Assembly: GCA_000708835.1 (NCBI GenBank)
Contig: DF237023.1
Location: 62,001 to 126,000 of the forward strand
Source: Klebsormidium nitens
Taxonomy: Eukaryota; Plantae; Klebsormidiophyceae
DNA length: 64,000 bases
Direction of reading: 5' to 3'
Under the pieces are notes generated by a model. It was not told the origin of the DNA. It ran no database searches and saw only the letters and a program-made list of their open reading frames with translations. Shown in pieces: positions 50,800 to 64,000 of this stretch (the first letter of the stretch is position 1; the number at the start of each line of letters is the position of its first letter). Position numbers and translations under genes: made by a program.

Positions 50800-53700
50800 C
50801 TAACTCCGCTGCTTCTTCCTCCTCCTGTTTACCACCAACGCCTCTTCTTCCTCCTCCTCCGACTCCTCTTCCACTGGCTGCTGGCTATACGAGTTCTCCC
50901 GAGGCCGGAACTTGCCCTGCCCCTTCCGCACAGGCGTGCCATTCCGAGGGGGCTGGGCCGGCTCGTTCGCACCCTTCCTCGTAGGCATGTAGTCACTGCC
51001 AGGACATTTCTCCTTTAGATCCTGCAAAGATATGAATGCACCGAGGATTAGACAACGAGCAACAAACCCTCGACAAATTTCTTCTCTTGGCTTGGAATTC
51101 CAGATTGTATTCCGACCTGCTCCTACTCTGTATCAATGAGCTTTGCTGACAAGAGACTGAGCCCTGCCCGTGCTGAACAGGGAGCAGCCAAGGTAGAAGC
51201 GCATGGCCAGATTGGATCAGGGACCCGTTGCAAAACAGCCAAGATAATTGCCTGGTCTTCCGGCATTAGCGGACAGACAAAGGTCACAAAAAGCTCAATA
51301 TAGTTGAGCTCACCAGCCAATCCTTGTACTGGAACTTAGCCATGAATGCTGACGTCTCAGCCTTCCCCGTGCCTAACTCCTCCTTGCTGGGGGCATTTCG
51401 AGGCTCTGCAGCAGTCAAAATAAAGTTTGTTTGAGCATCTCAACCTCTGGTGGCGCCATCAAGAAAGAGCCTTTAGCTACTGTGTTTCCTTCAGAGAGTG
51501 TCTCAAGCAGACCCGTGTGCATCGAAGTGCCATTAACCCGGAACAAGATTAAGGTTGACTTTGAAGAAGAAATTCCCGTACAGAAGCGACCTTCTTTCCA
51601 GAATTAGAATAAAATTGATTGTGCCAGCTTTGGGTAGTTCATCGGACCGGAGTCTTTAGATATTCCTCCACCTTGTGAACTCAGCTCAAATGAGCACAAC
51701 TGAAGACGTCAAACGAGAAAAGACGAGGCATTCCTTTGCAGACGAAAAGGTACAACGGGGCTGCACAATCTGTTGGGAAGGAGGATCGAGTTGTGGCACT
51801 CACCAACAAGAATAGTACCGTCGTCCATCTTTCGTGTTGAGGCTCGACCGTCCTTGATCAAGAACGAGAGCGAGAACTGGTTCTCAATGGTCTGAGAGAA
51901 GGACTTCTTGTTCAAGAATAGGCGCTCGAAGGGGATCCCCCCATGGTTCCGGCGTAGAATCTCGAACATAGTGGTCATGTTGGCATCAGTCTCTTTCTCC
52001 TTGCCGTCCTGTGTCTGCTCCACAATCTGCACAAGGAGATTGGCATCTTAATGCAGGTATAAATTCGGAACAAAGGGATCGAGCAACAGCCTGATGCAAG
52101 TGATGCTCTCTGAGCGAGTCATGTTGTGACAGGAACTCAGACAATCAAGGTGACCTAGAAAGTCCAGATTTGGCCAAATAAATCCACGATCTGAAGTAAG
52201 ATGGATCCTCTTGTACAGTGGCAAGTTGTAAACCGAGGACATTGAAGGAAACAGCTTCTCACAGGTCAGAAAAGGCTGTGAAGGGCACAAGGGGATAATT
52301 ACTACGCACAGGACAGAAATGAATGAGGCTTGACTTCAATACAGGAGATCGTACAAGCTTCTTACTAGGTTTCGGATGGTCAAGAAGGCGAGAATCAGCT
52401 CAAGTCAACCCTACCTCATCGGGGTTGGTCTGTTCCTCTGGACGTTTCCTCTTTGCTCGCTGCTGGGGCTGCTTCCTCTGCTTTGGCTGACTATCCAATG
52501 GGCCGAGCCTGCAGAAAGACAAGTCAACTGGATCAGCAAAAACGTTTCACATGAACTGTTAATGGCTTTCGCACCAGATGTGAACGTTCAGCAAAACGAT
52601 CCTGAAGGCATTGCAACTGGGGTCCACTCAGGAAAGAGAGACGTTGGTCGACAAAAGTTGCTGAAGACATGCAACGACAGGCAGAGCCACCACTTGACAT
52701 CTAGACCATGCTCTACCTAGTGCTCCACGAAAAACAAGAGAAAGGGGCACTTCTTACATGCAAGTGATCCCCGGGGCTGATGCGAGCAAAGGCATCCCAA
52801 TCATCCGCCCCGCGTTCTGCCAGTCAAACCTCTCAGGGCTGACCTCCTCCTCCTCTTCCATGTCCATGCCCCCAGTAAAGTGCGTCATGAGCCGCCCCAG
52901 GAAAGCGGTGGGGGTGCAGAGAGAAGCATCCGGCCGTAACTGCTTGGCCGCTTGCAACGTGACCTCGGTCAGCTGTGCCAGCAGGTCGGCGTCGGCCTTC
53001 TGCTCTCTCGGCTTCCGTACTGCAGGCCACAAGACAAGCTTCAGGCCCATAATAACAGGGTGCTTTTCAGAGACAAGTGAAAGCCAGGCAGATAGAAACA
53101 GGTGATCAAAGATCTCTTATGGCGCTTCCACGTGCAGGCAACAACTCGAAGAATAATCTGCTCATAAGCAAACAGGATCTATAAGCAACCAGAACAACTT
53201 GTCCAGATCCCCTTCTGCGCCTTCAAGTATAAGTTTGGAGACTCTGACCTTGCCCAATGTTCACTGAAGAAGAGGCTGCAGGCTCTGGTCATGCAGCAAG
53301 TTCACTATAACACTAGAGGCTAGCCAGGACGAGTGGCCTTAGCACTTACCCTGCTGGTGTAGAGCATCTGCTTCCAGGAGAGCTTCCTGAAGCTTGTGGG
53401 ATTCAGGTTGGAGGAGTTCATCCTTTTGAGCTGCACGAGCAGATGGATGAGGAACACTTCGCGCAAAGAAAAGTGGGGCCCGAACAGAATGTGTCACATC
53501 TGCAATATCTGAATGGACGAAGTTGAGGCAGTTACAGCAGGACCAGCAGCAGGCAGTCAGAGCGGGCTTGGCATTCTGTGTGCTGCAAGAGCAACTTAGC
53601 TCAGTGGCAAACCCATAATCAAGCCTGACAAAAGAAAGACCCTAAGCTGGTTACATATAAAGGACCTAGGTTGACAAAGCACATCGACATAACCTCTGGT

Positions 53701-53915
53701 GTTGTCCTCATTGGCATGATAGGCAAAAGGTGCACCATAACGGCGGAACAGGACTGCCAGAAATGAGAATCTAGGCATGCATAGCAGGCTCTTGTCAGAC
53801 CCGCACCTGCTGCCCTGTCTTTTAGCTTTCTGTAGTCCTCCCTGAGCTTCCGCCTATCCGCCTGTGTCTGCTGCACCTGTTGACTGGACGGACCAGCATC
53901 CCCTCCCCGAGCCAT
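50800..53915 (-). CDS. NSE4: NSE4, kleisin subunit of the SMC5/6 complex
   Basis: Exons on minus: 53915-53807, 53430-53350, 53019-52758, 52508-52415, 52026-51804, 51405-51314, 51021-50800. Motifs: RRKLREDYRKL, VRKPREQKADA, APGITCMLGPL, and Nse4_C ETDANMTTMFEIL...SFSQTIENQFSLSFLIKDGRA. Confidence 0.9.
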
Positions 53916-55601
53916 GGTTCTCAGTATCGAGAACCTGCTTCCTGACTCGCCGTGTCTCTATGCAGAATAGTTGCAACTTGAAAGAGTGTTGCTCCACCTT
54001 TGTGCTGATTGGAGCCGTCTTATTGAGCAGCATGAACATGCGCAGGGCCCTGCAGGGCCCTGATCGAGCCTTACCGCTGCTCTGTCTGATTTACCGCATG
54101 TGCGGCTGCACCTCCTGCTGCTCCCTTCAAGGTCCCTAACTTCCTCTAGACGCCCTTCTGAAAGCGGCCAGATCCTGCTGAACGCCCAAGACAAAGCTGA
54201 AGGGGCGCCTCTTTCTGCTTCCAATCCTCCTAGCTAGGTAGACTGTCTGGGCAGTCTGGGACGGGAACGACTCCGAACGAGCCTTCTGCAGGATGCTCCC
54301 TCGCCTACAGTTGAACTTTGAAGTTGAAAGTTTAAAATTCAAACCTTTCAAACTTCCCTGCGTTTGGCGCCGTCACCTTCAAATGACCGGTAGTTTGTAC
54401 CGACAAATCATCATCCGGGCGCTTATTAGCCTCCCGGGCGGAAGAAAGCCCAATTGCTTGGGCGGATAGGCAGTGCTTCATTCCACCCGGCTAGCACCCG
54501 GCAGCACCCTGCATCCGATACACACAGGTAGGTACACCGGTCACTGACCGTAGTACGTGCATGTACCGTACACTGGAAGCGCGGTCTCTGTCGCAGTCCA
54601 TTGCAGTGTGCCCAGGTTGAATCTACCGGGTAGTACACCCTACGATTATACCCTGCCATCACGCCCGGTGGACGTCCAACCTTGAGGAAGAGGTACGTAC
54701 CAAGTAGGCAACTCTTGTCATGCGTACCAAGGCACGTGTGAAGTATGCCGCTCGGCGCGCGCGCGCAACACCGGAACAGGCATAATGTTCGATCAAGGAA
54801 CAGGCTTGCGATTCTCGCAATGGAAGAGCCTAGGTAATCCGAATCGGCTACTAGCCTGGGCTTGCTCTTTACTTCTACCACATACCTAGGTAGATAGGTA
54901 TGGTATATACCTACCATATACTAAGTAATTTTAACCTTTCGCAGCCTGCGCCATACATAATGTGTAGTATACACTGCGTAGTGCACGGGGAATGCATCAT
55001 ATTGTCATATGATTCACTAGTATATAATTGGCGATACTTGTACTCAGGCGGTCATATAATCATGGGGCATGCAAAACATGTTCTATATGGAGCACTCGTG
55101 AGAACGTGGTATACGCAGTGATTGAACTCCAGCATATATGTGCTATCTGCGGCACAATACATGGTTTGAGGATCATGAAAGTCATGTGTTGCGGAACCTC
55201 AAAAGGCGGCCAGGCCAGCATATGGCAAAGTTGGACGTAGTCAGCAAATCGACACATCGACTGTGCTTGTGGACACATGAACGTGACGGAGAGTTGCTCC
55301 ATGCACTCGCAAGGAAGTGTCCTTAAGAACATTGCATCGGTGTCACATCCACAATCAAAAAACGCGCCCTTGCAACGATGGGCTTAGATCAAATTCCTTC
55401 ATGGGCCCCAACCAGTTCCGACTAAAATGCATCATTGAGAAGCACGTTAATTCGTCTACCCAAGTCTTAGTGGACAGCCTTTCCTAACATACACATGTTG
55501 CGAGAACTGGCAGCGGCAAGTTCCCCCAAAGATTGCTGGGCGATAAATTGAAAGAGCACCCGAACATGGAAAGATCGATTTTTCCAGTAATCCAATTCAA
55601 C

Positions 55602-60300
<4,699 letters not shown>

Positions 60301-61356
60301 TGCAGTACCACCTGGAGACAATTCTTGCACCTTTCTCCACCTTTGGTCCTGCAAGCCGCTTTATAGCTTTGACGGCGGTGCTGGATTGGAGTGCCGCCCC
60401 TTGTCTCAGGAATCGAAGGACAATGCACCGATCTGCTCAAATTGCACATTGCAAGGCTGTTGGGGTTCCGCATCTAGAGGAGGACCAAAACTTAAAGGGG
60501 CCAGTCCTTACAAATTGTACACTTGTAGTGATCAATCAAGATCGAAGATCAGTTTCAAAACTTTAAACCAATCCAATGTATCCAAGTAAAGTAGTTGCAA
60601 TGTATCATGTTCTCTTCGGTAGCGGATCTAAAGCGTCCGATAAACCTTTTTCTAGAATTAGCCATCCGAACCGACGGTTCAGATGCACAGCTCAGCCGGA
60701 AAGCCCGGAAACAGACCTAGGGAGGTACGACCGCCGTTTCAATCTGCTGAGGGTACCGGCTCTCTGGGATGGTGTCAGTCCGTTGGAAGCAAGCAGGCTC
60801 CAAGGACAATATGGGAAAAGCACCACTTTTGACACAAGATCACTCATCCGCCTATCCACACCCGAACTGCACGTTTTCGTGCATGCCGCTTCCGCCAAAC
60901 CTAATTGATTAACCACCTAGCATGTCCCCGGCTCCTTGTGAAAAGCATCAACGTTGGGCCGTCCGATGTACTCCTTCAATAATCTGACCGCTCGTATAGT
61001 GTAGCCGGCACATGGCAAAGAGAAAATGGTCAGACAACCAGGTTAAAATACAACGCGTGAATTTTGAACTGCTGGGTCAAACCGTTGCTGCCTGAACCTG
61101 TCCTGGGCTCGACCTGGCTGGTACTTGCACCCAGCTAAAAAGGCGCCTGGAGTTGCAGAAGAAAGCACATTCCAATTTCCGTCTGTGCGCTGTTGATCGG
61201 TCCTCTTGCTGCTTGCAACAGCGTCCATTTTCTGAGCATTAGAACCTCATAGGGGTGCCCGGCCGGTTGGTGTATCACAGAAGTTTTTGATACATTTCGT
61301 GCACTTTGAGAGGTTCTGACAAAAGCGCTTTCCTTGCTGCATCCCCATCTGCAAAA

Positions 61357-64000
61357 ATGGTGAAGATCTGCTGTATTGGTGCCGGATATGTCGGGGGTAA
61401 GTGTCTTTCAATGCAATCGCTGCAACCTCAATCAAGCGTCTGTCCTAATTTGAAGATCTGATCGAAAATGCACGTTGCACAGGCCTTTGCTGGTCATTTT
61501 CCTACGCTGTGGAAAAAGCTTAAGGAGCAATCGCCCTTGCATTGATCAGCCAATTGAATCCATTTTGCAGGTCCGACTATGGCGATGATCGCCTTGAAGT
61601 GCCATGATATCGAGGTACGCCAAGTTTCAGACACTGTAGTGTACCTACATATCTGGAACCCTAAATCCTCCAGCTTTAGTTTCAGCAACCTTGTGTCGGT
61701 TCGGGAATCAGTGGTTCAACAGGATCTAGAGCATTGCTTTCAGGCACTTATTGACAGATCTGATGTGACATGTCTGCTTGGCTTGATCTTTTGCAGGTCG
61801 TCGTGGTTGATATCAGCAAGCCCAGGATTGCTGCCTGGAACAGTGACGAGCTTCCTATCTATGAGCCAGGCCTTGATGAAGTTGTGAGTTACAAAACTTC
61901 ATTTGCCTGATGTCTTCCTACTCGATCAGATCTGCTATTCAGCTGCTGCATAGTTGATACCACCAATTCGCCATTTCATGGGGATCTGTTGCATAATGCA
62001 ACGTGCAATCCGTGCGAGTCCAAGTCACTGAGAACACCTCTTCTTCTCTGTCAGGTTAAGGAGCGCCGGGGAAAGAATCTGTTCTTCAGCACAGATGTGC
62101 AAAAGCATGTTGCAGAGGCAGACATTATATTTGTCAGTGTAAATACACCAACAAAAACGAGGGTAAGCTTCTAGTCAATCGACGGCCCTCTGGTGAGGCA
62201 GGGGCTGTCTAATGAACCACAATTGGCTGGGCTTGATAGACGCGATATGATGATCTGCTGCACGTTCTGGTCCATTAGGGTTTTGTTGAGCAAGGATCAT
62301 GACTGATTGAACTTGATGACATAATCCAGTGGTGCCTGGGCAGGTTGAGTCTAGAAATTACTTGCACGTACCTGGGGAAGAGTTGGCTTTATGGAAAAGC
62401 TGGTTGTCTGGCACATGGACTAACACATTCTACATGTTCCAGGGTTTGGGTGCGGGGAAGGCGGCTGATCTGACATATTGGGAAAGTGCTGCCAGGTATT
62501 TGCCTGCTCCCCACATCCTGCATCCCAACAAGTCTAAGAAGATTCAGTTGAACCACGTGCCTATGGGACAACTTCTGCTGACAATAACCGCAAAAAGTGC
62601 TCTTAGAGTGGCTGAATTGCAATACATTCCAAACGCAAACCCTGTTCTCCACAGGTCTCTGATCTCTCAGCCCTTGTTTTGCAGGATGATCGCCGACGTT
62701 TCTAAGACTGACAAGATTGTAAGTGGCACAGTTCCTCAATAGTTGATGATGATGGCTGTGAAGAGAAAGCAATTCGCACAGGCAACTTGTACTTGATAAT
62801 GAGACAGATGTGGATTTGAGTAGAAAGAGCATCTAGCACAGCAATTGACCATGATGCGCAAATCTGCTCTCTCTCAAATAGTGGCTTACTTGTTTCTTGC
62901 TCGTATTACAGGTCGTGGAAAAGTCAACGGTACCAGTGAAAACAGCTGAGGCAATTGAGAAGATTCTCACGAAGAATGGTCATGGGATTGAGTTCCAGGT
63001 GAGCAGACTGATCCTCCATCAAAACTTGTGACAGAAGAGCTGGAAGCTTCCCTTTTGTCTGATGGCAGAGCTCCAGAAAATCTTTGTTGACCTTCATTGG
63101 GCACAGCTTCTCTAGATTGCTCCTTGATCCAATGATTCTCATTCTCAAGCAAGCATGCCATGCAGCTCAGCCTCTGCTCGCTTTCTCTGAAACCATGCAG
63201 ATTCTTTCAAACCCGGAGTTTTTGGCTGAGGGGACCGCAGTTGAGGACTTGCTCAAACCAGACCGTGTACTAATTGGAGGGCGCGAGACTCCCAAAGGTC
63301 AGGCAGCCATCCAAGCCCTGGCAGCTGTGTATGCACACTGGGTGCCAAAGGAGAACATCATCACGACCAACCTCTGGTGAGCCTGCTCTTACCCAAATTC
63401 AATGACAACCTGCAACTCGTCCTGAATGCTGTCGATCCACTGCAAGCATATCGGATAGTTTGTTGGTGTTCTTCATCGACGAAATCGAATAGTTTCTTTC
63501 AGCAAGTTCGATGTGGAGGCCTTATTCTTGGCTTCCACACAGGCACAGATCTGACTGGACAGGGGTCCTTTTGGGTGGGTCGAGGTGCAAGCTTGACCAC
63601 ATGCAACACCTTCAAAAACGATAAATTATCCTAAGGATCATGTGTTTCTCTGACAGGTCTGCCGAGCTTTCGAAGTTAGCTGCCAACGCCTTCCTGGCGC
63701 AAAGAATTTCCTCCATCAACGCCATGTCGGCCTTGTGTGAGGTGAGGTCACACAAAACACAAACGAGGTCACATCCAAAGCAGTTCCTGCTTCTTTGATA
63801 TCCTGTTGTTGAGAGTGCCTGAGTTGCGGGAAGGCAGATCGGCTTTGACTTTGCTGAAGCCCCCCTCATCCTTTCTCCGTTTTCTCCTGAAGTTCATGCA
63901 AAGTTCTCACTGGTGACTATTTTGTAATCTGCAGGCCACCGGTGCTAACGTCTCTGAGGTCGCGTATGCCATCGGAAAGGACAGCAGAATTGGGCCCAAG
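61357..64000 (+). CDS. UGD: UDP-glucose 6-dehydrogenase; 3' end runs off the window
   Basis: Exons 61357-61396, 61571-61614, 61797-61883, 62055-62162, 62443-62495, 62685-62718, 62912-62998, 63201-63376, 63657-63741, 63935->64000. Motifs: [74 protein letters not shown]. Confidence 0.96.

Noticed and set aside
51860-51900. NSE4 ENQF instead of the usual ENL/IF
   Set aside because: It is a single substitution with intact neighbouring motif residues, and not interpretable without an alignment.

Overview
This is an intron-rich eukaryotic nuclear window with GC-rich exons and canonical GT-AG introns. The plant-type gene set suggests a streptophyte alga such as Klebsormidium (inference only). By hand-splicing I can support eight protein-coding genes. 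In order they are: a 5'-truncated four-MA3-domain PDCD4/MRF-like gene (+), a copper amine oxidase (-), a prolyl-4-hydroxylase-like 2OG dioxygenase (-), casein kinase II beta (+), TPLATE (-), a bromodomain protein with KANSL1/MSL1-like (PEHE-like) motifs (+), NSE4 (-) and plastid triosephosphate isomerase (-). A ninth, UDP-glucose dehydrogenase (+), is truncated by the window end. A small, possibly myristoylated orphan gene (-) is less certain. I found no rRNA, tRNA, CRISPR array or recognisable transposase. The most unusual signal is a recurring 'splice-junction echo'. In four unrelated genes, at least eight intron segments hold degenerate duplicates (tandem arrays or single copies; offsets about 85-260 bp) of the neighbouring exon edge plus its splice site. 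Most keep an intact AG or GT, which creates decoy splice sites next to the real one. The second lead is the bromodomain plus PEHE-like fusion, a candidate plant-lineage scaffold for a MOF/MYST acetyltransferase. All coordinates, alignments and family calls were made by eye, with reference motifs recalled from memory, and need computational confirmation.
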